Program-made: the position numbers and the translations under genes | Part shown: piece after piece, positions 38,784 to 49,474 of the stretch | Numbering within the stretch: position 1 is the stretch's first letter | Layout: each line of letters begins with the position of its first letter | The notes under the pieces: model-generated | Databases searched by the model: none | What the model was told of the DNA's origin: nothing | The model's input: the letters and a program-made list of their open reading frames with translations, nothing else | From: Eutreptiella sp. 'Long Island Sound 2002' | Lineage: Eukaryota > Protista > Euglenida | Direction of reading: 5' to 3' | Assembly: GCA_964036045.1 (NCBI GenBank) | Contig: OZ038378.1 | Coordinates: forward strand, 168,144,001 to 168,208,000 | Length of the DNA: 64,000 bases

Positions 38784-39937
38784 TTGCACAGCAGCCCCCT
38801 CCTTCGTGGGTGCGGGGCAAACCGACGTCCGCTGCAGACCCCACGTCCAAATCCAAGCCCCTGGCTCCACGGAACTCCCCACGACCGAAGCCCCAGACCC
38901 CCCGAGCGTCCTACTCGCCGACCCGCAGCCGACCCAACGCGCAGTCCGCCAGCCCAACCCCTGCCCCACGCCCCTCGTCTCGTTCACAGTCTCGTGCCGC
39001 GTCCCCTCCGCCACGATCCCAGTCCCCCGCCCCTCCTACCCAGTCCCCCGCCCCTCGTACCCAGTCACCCGCCCCTCGTACCCAGTCCCCTGCCCCTCGT
39101 ACCCAGTCCCCCGCCCCTCGTACCCAGTCCCCTGCCCCTCGTGCGGAGGCCCCCGCCCTTGGTTCGCACCGTCGCACGCAGTCTCCCTCTCGCCCCGATC
39201 CTGCTGGCCCACCCCCGCAGTCCTACCGCGGGACTTCTCAGTCCGTTTTCCCCGCTGCACAGGCCGCCTCCCCACCCCCTCAGTCGCACTCCCCCGCTCC
39301 GGTGCCGCAGCCGTCGGACCCGTTTATGGACCCCTACGACCAATACTCACAGCACACGGACCACTATTCTCACCCTCCGGACCAATACCCGCCACGCCCC
39401 GACTCCCTCTCACAGCCCCCGTACTCCCAGCCCCAGGGCCGCTACACACAACCCCATGCCCCTCCTCCGGACCCCCCCAGCCCGGCCATACCGCACCAGC
39501 CCGACCCGTACTCCCAGCCCCAGGGCCGCTACACACAACCCCATGCCCCTCCTCCGGACCCCCCCAGCCCGGCCATACCGCACCAGCCCGACCCGTACTC
39601 CCAGCCCCAGGGCCGCTACACACAACCCCATGCCCCTCCTCCGGACCCCCCCGGCCCAGGCAAACAACTTCAGTCACAGGCTGCAACTGCACGCCAACGC
39701 CCTCCTCCTGCTGACCTCTCAGTGCCTCCGCAGCAGCGTCTTTGGGTCGACAACGAGCCGGTGCCCCCTCCGCCGGTCACACCCCACCAATCGCTGTCTT
39801 CGCCTCGATCCCGGTCGTCCAGAGCAACGCAAGCCTTGGGCCCGAATGAGTCGGTCCAGGCCCGCGCACAGGCACAGATGCGGGCGCAGGTGCAAGCGCA
39901 GGCACAGGTGCGGGCACAGGCACGTGCCGACGCACAA
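38784..39937 (+). CDS. Pro/Ser/Gln-rich repeat protein, large exon
   Basis: ctctgcag acceptor (phase 1), long stop-free frame, donor CAA|GTATGC (phase 0). Contains 6x21-bp and ~2.7x87-bp in-frame repeats. Upstream exons unresolved. Confidence 0.8.
39020..39145 (+). repeat. Coding 21-bp tandem repeat x6 (QSPAPRT)
   Basis: Seen directly; length is a multiple of 3. Confidence 0.95.
39421..39653 (+). repeat. Coding 87-bp tandem repeat, 2 identical copies plus a partial (YSQPQGRYTQPHAPPPDPPSPAIPHQPDP)
   Basis: Units start at 39421, 39508 and 39595. Confidence 0.95.
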
Positions 39938-42070
39938 GTATGCTCAACACTAGGCCTGTGTGAAACAGTGGCCATGCCAACGAGGATCCTCCGCCCCTGC
40001 CCCCTGTGCTGAATTGCTTCCGAACTCCCGTGCAGTGTGGGGGTGGAAGCCCCTCGCGCATAGCAAACATGCTGCCCCTGAAACACCTGCTAAAAAAGCT
40101 GCCTGCGAACGATCGGAGCATTTTTTTTGAATATTTCCTCCCTCCTCCACGGTGGATCGCGTAATGGTTGGGACAACCCTGTGCCGCCCCGCCCCCCCCC
40201 TTTCCCACCACCCAACCACCCTGAATTCAGTTGATGCTGAGCCCTAGAAATGTTGTCGGACAAAATAGTGCATTACAAATGTTGGTGGGGTATCTCCTTT
40301 ACCGGTTTATTTTAGAGTTTTTGCCTGTAAAGAGCCATCATGCATTATTTTAGCCCGCCATTATCATTACCCACCTTTCTTACCGTGTTCTATTGTGGCT
40401 GAAGGCTGTCCCTGTCCTGTGCTCGTGATACTCTGTTTCTTCTTGCTTGAGTTTCTGGTGCATGGTGCTGTGGGCCTCGTCATCTTCAAGTTACAACAAC
40501 CCCACAAACGTTGCTACTATTGTGCACGCTTCTGATGCTAGTGCTTGGGATTCAATCATAGGGGATCCCAACTTTGTTTTGAAAACGCATGTCCTGTGAA
40601 AACAGGCACAGAAAGGACAACGCTGGTTTGGCCATTGCCCCAGCCACCCAAAACTACACGTGATAAGGCGCAGTGCACATGTTGCGTGCCTTATCATCTT
40701 ATCATCTTGCCCAGGGAACAAACCCTGGCACCCAGGGCTAAAATGTTGACATGCATTCCAAGAGGCATACCGCTTCTCAACGTAGAAAGCACGTGTCATG
40801 ACACATTGCTCCATGATGAGAGTTCAAGGGTGCACAATGCCCTAGGATACCATGTCTTCCCTCAGAAAACCACCAGGTGAATGGTTGCACCTCATTCCTG
40901 CAGATGGAAAAGGGCAAAAAAGTGCCAAGGTCTGAAATTCCTTCTGCCCACCCCACTCCTGGGAATGGAGCTGTTTTCCTTGCAATTGCTGGCCTCCCTT
41001 GGGGGTTGGTACACTTTGCTCACTCAGACCCCGCTTGCGGGGTGCCACAAAGGGGGGCTAGACCCATGATGTGTTTCCAGCTGGCAGTATCCTAGGCCGG
41101 GCCTAGGAAGCCTCCGGCGGCCCCCGGCAAAAGCTGTTCCCAACCAATGACAAGCAAAGGCATCGCCTCAGGCACTGGGTGTGTGTGTATGAGCCAACTA
41201 CTCATTCACAACGCAACTTCGCACATCCAAGTACCACATTTGATAGATGTGATGGAAAAGGAACCTTGGATTATGCACATTTTCATCCAATGTGCATCCC
41301 ATTAGCATAGGTCACACTGTTTGCAAGTCCCTAGCACTCATTTTCGTTTTGTTTTCTGAGACATGCAAAGCGTTGGAAGTGATCGCTTTGGTGCGCCACC
41401 CTGGTCCAAACTCTCTGGTCATTTGAAGTAGCAGTTGGCTGCCATGGGCTGTGGACTATGCCCGTAAGTAGTATGAGCTGGTTCTACACTTGTCGCAAGA
41501 GGAGACATTATCGGAGGCCACAATATACTACGAAGCACATGTGAGATGGTACGCTACTGGTAGTAAATGTGGCCGCAACAGAGACCATATGTGTCTGGTT
41601 AGGTGATATGAATGTTCTTGCCCAAGGGGGTTTGTTATGCTTTTGCACAGGTCGGCAGCTTGGAAGGGGGGGGGGGGGGCTGAAGGTGGCATCAGGAACT
41701 CTGGTGGCCGCTGTAGCGAAAAGGAAGCAAGTGTTGTCTCCGGGATTTAACACCTCAGCCACTGCCGTATACTTTTTGAGCGAGAATATGTGCTTGGTTT
41801 GTGTATTTACACATGTGCTAACCCCAGCCCCACCTTCTTGCTACACACCATTCGCATGATTTTGTAAGTGTTGCTGAACATGCTCGTGGATTTTTGTGGA
41901 TGTTGTGAGTGGTACAATGTTTAAACAAATGGGCCCTTTTCGGCACCATTCCGTGGTCCACTCTACCCCCCTACACGCACAGCAGTGTCGTCCACAACAC
42001 CAAAGGATGGGTGCAAGTTCGGCGCACAGTGGAGGGGTGTAGTTGTATGTCAGGATGGTCAGCCAAGGTA

Positions 42071-42477
42071 CCCCCCCCCCCCTGCGCTAACACGGGCTTG
42101 TCCAAACACGGAGACCCCGTGTTTCCGCACTTTTGGTCCTTTTTTTGAACCGTCGTTTTTGCGGTTCTGATCCAATAGGCCAGCCCAAAAGGCAAGCATG
42201 TCCAGCTTTTCAAGATGAAGCGGAAGGTTGGCAATCTATTCAATGCCTGTCAATCAGAATGAAAGTGACTGAGTGACACCTGAGTTGTGTGGCTAAAGAA
42301 AAATGACTTGTGCTATCATGTTGGGAGGGTTAAGGTTGGGCTATGGCTGCAACTTGTGTTCCGCAGTACGTGCCGCGCGCTAACACGGGCTTGTCCAAAC
42401 ACGGGGACCCCGTGTTTCCGCACTTTTGGTCCTGGAACCAGAACCTGGCCCGTGTTTGCGCAAAGGGGGGGGGGGGG
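42071..42477. mobile_element. MITE with ~27-bp imperfect TIRs flanked by TA (Tc1/mariner-like)
   Basis: TA|C12-TGCGCTAACACGGGC ... GCCCGTGTTTGCGCAAA-G13|TA. Internal ~57-bp direct repeat at about 42084 and 42377. Confidence 0.7.
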
Positions 42478-42743
42478 TAGCCTACTGGCAGTGAAGGGAC
42501 AAAGAGCGTTGGTTGCAGTGCGAGGGGATGAGTGCCGTGAACCCCTTGGGCCTCGAAGTTGAGGGCGCATATGACACCGATTGCACTGGATTTTCCCCCG
42601 CATATGGTCAGGAGTAGAAAATGCATTTGCTATGCCATGTTTATGCTCGAAATGCACCGCATCCTATTGGGGAATGAGGTCATGCAAGAAGGCAAAAAAC
42701 ACCAACCCCTTTGCAACAGTGTAAGTTGAACTGCAGCCTGGTA

Positions 42744-42987
42744 CAGGGATGTATTAGAACGGCTGACAACCATAGGAGGAGCCCCCCCCCCCCCCCTGGA
42801 CCCCACTCCCCCCCCCACTCAGACTCCCCCCTCCTCCCCTTCCACTGTTTGAGTCAAAATTTTCTTCCATGCCTTTGGCGCAAGAGGATTCAGCCTGAAA
42901 AAAAAATTCAGGTGCCAGGGTCGGGGGGACCATAGGAGGAGGGGGGCTCCGGCCAAACCCCCCCCCCTCTCTTCCAATACATCCCTG
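42744..42987. mobile_element. 244-bp hAT-type MITE
   Basis: 16-bp TIR CAGGGATGTATT(A/G)GAA with 1 mismatch; exact 8-bp TSD GCCTGGTA at 42736-42743 and 42988-42995. Confidence 0.9.
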
Positions 42988-43411
42988 GCCTGGTACCAAT
43001 AGTTCTATCCGCTCTAGCTCTGCGTGCAGCTTTGGCTGTAGTAGCAGCTGAGTAAAAAGCAATGTGTCTGAGCATTACCCCTCAGAGCCCGTCTCACAGC
43101 CGGCCACTTTGATGTGTGGCTCAGGCAGTCGCCACGCAAAGCTGTGCAACGTTCCATCCTCCTAGTCTCTGATTGGTGTTGGCCTTATGAACGGCCCCTG
43201 TTTTAAGTTCGAGGTACATGAGACAGCAGAAGACAAGAGGAGAGCGCAGTATGCAATAAAGCTTACAAACGACAACAAAGGAAACGCTTGTCAGCATCAT
43301 GAAGTTGAAAGAATGCATTCCTCATGAGAATCAGTCGTGGGATAGATACGGGAAGAGAAGACATTTTGTTGTGGCGAGGAGCCTTACTGCATGGCTGCAT
43401 CCCTCCTCCCA

Positions 43412-43644
43412 GGGGGAGGGGGGGGTCCTCAATGTTTCGCAATTTTCCGCGATTTGTCCGCAATTGCTTTTGCTTGTCCACCTTGCGGGCTTGTTGGTGC
43501 CCTGTGTGTCCCCTCTGCACAAGTGTTGCTCCTTGAGGCTTCGGGAAGTTTGGTTACGGCAATTTGTCCGCAATTTTCCGCAGCTTTGCGCAATTTTTTG
43601 CAGTTGGATTTGATGCTCCCTCACCACAACCCCCCCCCCCCCCC
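43412..43644. mobile_element. MITE-like element of the CGCAATTTTCCGCAA family with G-run/C-run ends
   Basis: Related to 22065-22630; no clear TSD. Confidence 0.55.
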
Positions 43645-43669
43645 GCTCCTACCCCCCCTTACCCGTCAG

Positions 43670-44369
43670 GCCGCAGCGTCCCAATTCCGAGGGGAGTCCG
43701 AGTACTACGCCACTGCGGCCCAGAAGGCGGAGACTGAGGCCCAAATGCTGAGCAAGGCCCTGTCCCATGCTCAGGACCCGGGCCAAGTGGACTACTTGAC
43801 CCAGGCGCTGGCCAAGGCCCAGGCCGAGGCCCAGAAGTACTCCTTGGCCTACGTGGACGCCGCCGGCCGCGCGGAACAGTGCCTGCAGGCGCACCGCGAC
43901 GCCCAGGCGCGCGTGGCGTGCCTGCAGGACGCGTTGGCCGCCCGGGAGCTGATCGGCGCCGCGCCCGCTGCGCCGCCGCTGCCTCCGGTGGCCGACGCCC
44001 GGGCGGGGCCCAGCGCCGCGTTGGATGCACCGCTGGAGCGGCGGGCGTCGCTGCTCGTGGCCGAGACGCAGCGGGCGCCGGGGGAGCGACCGCCCTCAGC
44101 CGCGTCTTTAGACGCGTTGCCGGACGTGCGACCGCTGTCTGGCGCGCCATTTGAGCCACTGCCCGCCGCCGATCCCGCGCGGCAGTCCGTCAGTGCGTCT
44201 CGGGCGCAGTCAATGGCGCCGTTTGAAGGGCCAATCGCGTCTTCTCCGCCGTCTACGGCGGATCTGCGGAGGCAGCCCGTTGGGACTTCTGATGCGCAGG
44301 GGCCGGGGCAGTCTGTGTTTGGCTTCAGCGGAGAGTCTGTCGCTGCGGTGCACGGCACCGTGCAGAACG
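43670..44369 (+). CDS. Pro-rich repeat protein, helical/coiled-coil exon
   Basis: ccgtcag acceptor, phase 0, matches the previous exon. Reads AAASQFRGESEYYATAAQKAETEAQML... Donor G|GTGTGC, phase 1. High-GC coding-like composition. Confidence 0.85.
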
Positions 44370-45405
44370 GTGTGCTACAGCGTGGGTGTGTGCGTGCGTG
44401 CGTACGGACCGCGCGTGAAATGGTCCGGTTGATGCCGTCGCCACATCCCGGCCGCAGAATGTGCCGTCGGTCTGCATGACACTGCCCTGCCCCCAAGAGA
44501 CTGAGGCAGTGGCGTGGCGATGGCATGGGACCGTGCTTCTATTGCGAGGACGGGCGATGCTTTGCAGACTTCGCAGAGGACTGGGAACAGATGGAGGCTG
44601 AGGGGGCGCGCAAATTTGTTGGACGCGCAAAATTTTGCAGTTGGAATGCATCTGCATTCCACTGCACAGCCCCCCGCCTGTTTCCCACTTCTCCATAGCC
44701 AAACGACTCATCAGAGACTCGGGGGCTTTGTTGGGGGTTGCTGCCCCGCTTCTCTGGGCACCGGAGGATAGCCCTGCCTCAGGGGCCTGTGGGTAGACTG
44801 GCCCCTCCCCAAGTGCTCACATGCATCTGCAGTGATGCACGCCAGCGGTCCCCCTCGCTGACGATGGAACACCCCCTCCGCCCTTAGGCCCGTACTACCT
44901 CATCGCCCTGTGCCCCTGTACTGCACAAATACACGAACCCATCCACACCAGTGGTCTGCAGTCCATCCACACCCCTGCCCCTCGGCGCCCATCGGTATCC
45001 GCGGTGCCTCTTTCAAGAGTAACCCCCCGGCCCAACCCATGTTTCCAGGGCAGTGGCCGGTGACCCCCCCTCCCCCCACGGGACAATACATCCAGACCGT
45101 CCCCCAGTCGATTCTCAGTATCGCTTCGATCCTGTGACCTGCTTCTTATCGTTTGGGGGTTTTCACGTACTGCTTTTGGTTGGCTTCCTATCCGCCATCT
45201 CCATTCATCACCGTGGCCCTGTTGGAGGCTGCGATGAGGTTTATACGTGACGTGTTGGATGACCCCATAGAAAGACGGAGGTCTGTCACGGAGCAGATGC
45301 AGTTGTTATTACAAAGCCCCAAAGTGCCATGAGGAGCAGGGCTAGCGTTGGCGACGGCCCAAAATGCCCAAGGCAAACGCAGCGCGGTTTCTGTATATCC
45401 CACAG

Positions 45406-45740
45406 GCTACCAAGCTCCACACTCTCTGCCCACGGACGCAGTGGACTTCTGCGCGCAATGCGGTGTTGCCTGGCCCATTGCCAACAATTTCTTCTACTCC
45501 CCGAACACGTGCAATGCGTGTATGCGCCCAGAGGACCAGCGGGCTGCTCCGCCACAGCCACCAACGCAGCCACAGATGCCGCCATATGGAGCGCCGGTGC
45601 AACAGCAAGAGCGAGGTCCTCGTTTTCTGTCCTCCAGCCTGACCACGCCTCGGTGCTGTGCGTTTCAGTTGGCCACAGACGGACACACGTCCTCTGTCAG
45701 CATCTGCGACACACCCCAGTGCGACACACCCGGCCCATAG
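45406..45740 (+). CDS. Pro-rich repeat protein, exon with a CxxC...CxxC pair; 3' end uncertain (donor at 45616 or read-through to TAG at 45738)
   Basis: cccacag acceptor, phase 1 compatible. Reads YQAPHSLPTDAVDFCAQCGVAWPIANNFFYSPNTCNACMRPE. Confidence 0.7.
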
Positions 45741-45749
45741 GAGAGGATC

Positions 45750-47660
45750 CTGCATTGCAAGGAGGGGCAAATGGGAACAACGGCGGCGGATGGGCTGGAT
45801 CTATCGCCAATGCGGCTGCTGCGTCAGCTATGCATGACGTTCTGGAACGTGCTGTTGCAAGTAGAGGGTGGCTAGATAGGGTGGCCGAGGGGTTCACCTC
45901 CTCGATCCCCAAAGGGGAAGGGGGCGGGCATGATTTTGAGACCGCTGACAGTCTCGCCTGATATTCACTGAGTCCAGGTAGGAGTGCGCCTTGAAGATGC
46001 CATGCAATGGCAGGAGCAGTGGGCCAATGAGGAGTTGTGTGCCTTGTGCTTGGGGAGAGGATCAACGGACGCAGCGACAGGCCTCACCCTCTTAATGGAG
46101 CTGGCACAGGCGCTAGGGGCAACATTGGTCAGTGCAGGGTGGACTGCAGGAAATGATGCACGAAATGTTGCGATTTAATCTCCTAAGCCATCTCCCTCTC
46201 CATGGCCAAGGAGTAGGTGATGTTCGCAGGCACCGTCCGTGGAATGTATCAACGGTTGCAAAGGGGCTTCAAGGTCAAGGGATGTCCAGGAGTCTAGTGA
46301 TATGCAATCAATGGGTTGTTACAAGGGTGCATCCCTAGTCTGTCATCAATGTGCTCACTAGCACTCGGAAGTGCATCATTGATGATCTCCAAAGACCGGT
46401 ATCGGTGCACACCCAGGGACGCCCACCGGCACCGGCACGAAAACACCACAAAACTGGAGGTTAGGAGACGGTCGCGGTGGACATGGACGTGTGAGGCACG
46501 CTTGATGTCCACGCCGCGCTTGCTGAGGGTCCGCCGTTTCCTCTTGGTGGCCGGTCTGTGCCTTGGCATTCTGTGGTGGGCCAACCGGCATTACCGTGTG
46601 GAGCTCCTCGCGGGGGTCGCCCGGGGGTGTTCGGCATGTCCCGGGGAGCACCACGTCCCACTGCCGCACACATTGAGCACTGTGGTCTGGCATGCGTGGG
46701 GGAGGCAGGACTGGGGGCGCAGAGCGACCCCTCAAGTGGGTGCAAGGGCCCACACGGAGACAAACAAAGCGCAGCACACACGCGCTGGGACGGAGGCCAC
46801 ATAATCTTGCACCGAGGGGGGTTCGCCCCAACGTGCCAGCTCTAGGGACAGGGGCCGTCTGGTGGCCTGGCGGCCAGACTCGGCATGGCTCATGATCCCG
46901 TGGGCAAGCTGACCCAGCTGACCCATTCTAGTGTCCATCCGTAGTATGGGTCTCCCCTCCTGCAGAACGCGCACACACACACATGTGCCTAGCCTCTGTG
47001 AGGTCTGTGTTTCTGATTGTGTGTCTCATCGCGCCGGCTCACTTTCTTGTGGATTTTTTCGTGGATTTTTTGTCTGGTAATCTTTTTGGGACCCCTCGTC
47101 CCCAAGAAATTTGCCGCCCACTTGTAGTTTTTTTTTTTAGTCCCCCCTCCTTTTGCCTCCTGATCGATCAATGGCAAAGATGTTGGGTCGCAGTATGACG
47201 GCCTCTTGACATTCGTGGGATTTGCTGTCCTGAGGACGCAACAGTTCTTATTGGCCATTCTTAGGTGCCTCACCCACCGGCGATGAGACACAGATGTGCA
47301 AGAAATGCGGTCTTGAGCTGTCGCTCCAGACGGACTTCAATGTGGCCTCTGATGCCGTCTGCAACAACTGCGCCGCCGGCACTCATTACGAAACAGGTCA
47401 TTGTGCACTCAACCTCTTTGTCAATGCCGGCGGCCCTTGGGATGTCTGCCGGGCTTCGGGATTGGCTGTTGGGCAGGGCCTCGGGAATGAAGTGGGTGGT
47501 GTGGCGAGGCTCTTCCTGCAGAACAGGTTGGTGGCTCTTTGAGGTGGACACCAAGTGGAGCAGCCCGCTGCCGACAACGAGTTGTATCCACAAGTGCCTC
47601 CGAGTGGTTGTCAGGTCATGGGCAGCTTCTGTGGCATGGGCAGCTCGCACCTAACGACTC
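45750..47660 (+). mobile_element. Decayed LINE, same family as 36830-37660
   Basis: A ~120-bp block (45850-45965) is highly similar to 36870-36995. Translates to ADGLDLSPMRLLRQLCMTFWNVLLQVE / WLDRVAEGFTSSIPKGEGGG; GARAH plus a decayed knuckle near 46740-46810; ends ...WAART* at 47654. Confidence 0.6.
47020..47292. mobile_element. MITE candidate nested in the LINE remnant
   Basis: Perfect 13-bp inverted termini TGTGTCTCATCGC / GCGATGAGACACA; no clean TSD. Confidence 0.6.
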
Positions 47661-48433
47661 TTTGACGGTTGGGAGGTTCCGCGTGACTACCCCTCGGCCC
47701 TTGCGGGATGGCACGTGACTGCCCACGGTTTCTTGGGGCCAAAGGGTTAGTCGCGTTGCATCCTCCAACGGCCAAGGTTGGTGCGATGGGGTAGTCATAG
47801 TCAGGGCACATGGGGTCGTTACGTGCCATCCCCCAAGCGCCCGCTGGGGCATGCATGTGACTACCGCATGGCCCTTTGGGAATGCCTGGCTTAACCCGTC
47901 ACGTGACTACCCCTGTGGGTCGACTCTGGGTCGTCCGGAACCCATTCTATCATTGCCCATTCCCAAGCAGTGGCCTGAATCGCTGGCAGGTCCAGGCCAG
48001 AAACAAAATGCAACACATACAACAATTCAGTCACAAGTCTCCTCACCACCGTGTGGCAATAGCCGGGGCCTGGCAACCATTCAAGCACTCCCTTGTTTGT
48101 CTTGGATATTTTGGCTACCGTGCATAATTTGTTCACCCTTGTTTATTGCCCCCATCCCCCTCCCCGCCCCCGGGTGATGGCCATCAGTGTTGATTGGTTG
48201 TGGTCTTGCCTCTCTGTAAGTGGACTGCATTGTGGTGTTTTCACCAGAAATGAAGATTAACCCCGAGTCCTGGTTCGAGGACAATTGGAAGTATGTCACA
48301 AATATGTTTTTGGAGCTGGAGAAGCGGTGGCAGCAGTGGGGCTTGGATTGCATCAGCTTCCGGGATTTGATCTCGAGGTACATGTGATGTGCCTGTTTCA
48401 CTGTCCGCCCATTGCTTTGCCCATGAGCTTCAG

Positions 48434-48551
48434 GATTACTGAGGTTGGGGCAGCAAGAATGTGGGGGAACTCGACGCTGTTGGTGCAACATTGCGGAGTT
48501 GGTCGACTGGACTCTTCTGGGTCAGTTAGATGATGTGCCGGCAGTTGACAG
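48434..48551 (+). CDS. Zn-finger/EF-hand protein, exon (LLRLGQQECGGTRRCWCNIAELVDWTLLGQLDDVPAVD)
   Basis: cttcag acceptor, AG|GTCAGC donor; only one of the three frames is open (phase 1-2). Confidence 0.5.
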
Positions 48552-48835
48552 GTCAGCCGCATTTGTCAATTGGTAATGCCACCATCTGATCCTCTGATCA
48601 AACGGCAAAATTGGTAGTGATGTGGGTGGGTAGTGATGTGGTTGGCTGTAGACATTGGTTTCTCTTGGGCTGACGCATCTCCACTCTGTTTACTCAGTGG
48701 AAGGTGGAAGAACTCAAATGTCTGCAATACACATACCCGCAAGATCAAAAGCCCTGCATGGGAAAATATCCGTAGGCAGTGCTCTGAATGAGGAAATTTC
48801 ATTGTCTACCTGATCGCTTTCTGCGTACGTTGCAG

Positions 48836-48909
48836 GAAGAAGGAGCACCACCTTGTTCGCGTTCAACATGATCACCCACCGTTGTGCCATGGGTGTGGTG
48901 CACGGCCAG
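48836..48909 (+). CDS. Zn-finger/EF-hand protein, exon (KKEHHLVRVQHDHPPLCHGCGARP)
   Basis: gttgcag acceptor, G|GTATAC donor, phase 2-1, compatible with both neighbours. Confidence 0.55.
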
Positions 48910-49394
48910 GTATACTGCGGCTGCTGTCATAATGGTGCGTCTCGTTCGTGTTCCTTTGGTATTCGTGGCAATGCTCATGAATGCTGCTGGGAATGCATGC
49001 TGTTGTTGTTGTGGGTTGTGGTGACGGCAGTGTGGTGGTGGTGCTGCCCGCTGTCTACTCCCAATGTTTGCTTCCCAAAGCAGCTTCTGATGTTCCTGTG
49101 GATATCAGTGATTGCAGTAATGATAGTAATGGCTCAAGCAGTTCCTTCCAATTGATCAAAATAGGACGTTATTGAAAAGTGGATTAAAGGCTGGCACATG
49201 AAGCATGATGTGCAAAGCGCAGGGTGCTTTGTAGCGAGGGTGCATTTCCTTCAACAACAGTCATCATCCCTCGCAGGTGCTTTCTGCCTTGCGATTCTTG
49301 TGGCAGTGATTGTGGTCGGGACAGTGACAGGATTGGCAAATAGCGGCTGTGGTGGCTGTGCCTGTGGTCACTTGCCCTCTCCCCGCGTGTTCAG

Positions 49395-49474
49395 GAACAT
49401 GGGCATGTCCACCGAATTTGTTGCAAATTGAATGCCACCGCAGGCATTGGGCCTGTGATGTGTGCCATGATGGG
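49395..49474 (+). CDS. Zn-finger/EF-hand protein, exon (TWACPPNLLQIECHRRHWACDVCHDG)
   Basis: gttcag acceptor, GTATGC donor, phase 1-0; completes a Cys/His-rich motif with the previous exon. Confidence 0.55.

Noticed and set aside
38644-39953. Alternative-frame long ORFs (356 and 389 aa) and antisense ORFs
   Set aside because: Shadow ORFs of the C-rich repeat exon; only the 38669 frame is phase-consistent with the downstream exons.
48081-48491. Integrase-like PEAHGQSNGRTVKQ on the minus strand
   Set aside because: It lacks the catalytic Glu, and the plus strand has better exon evidence.
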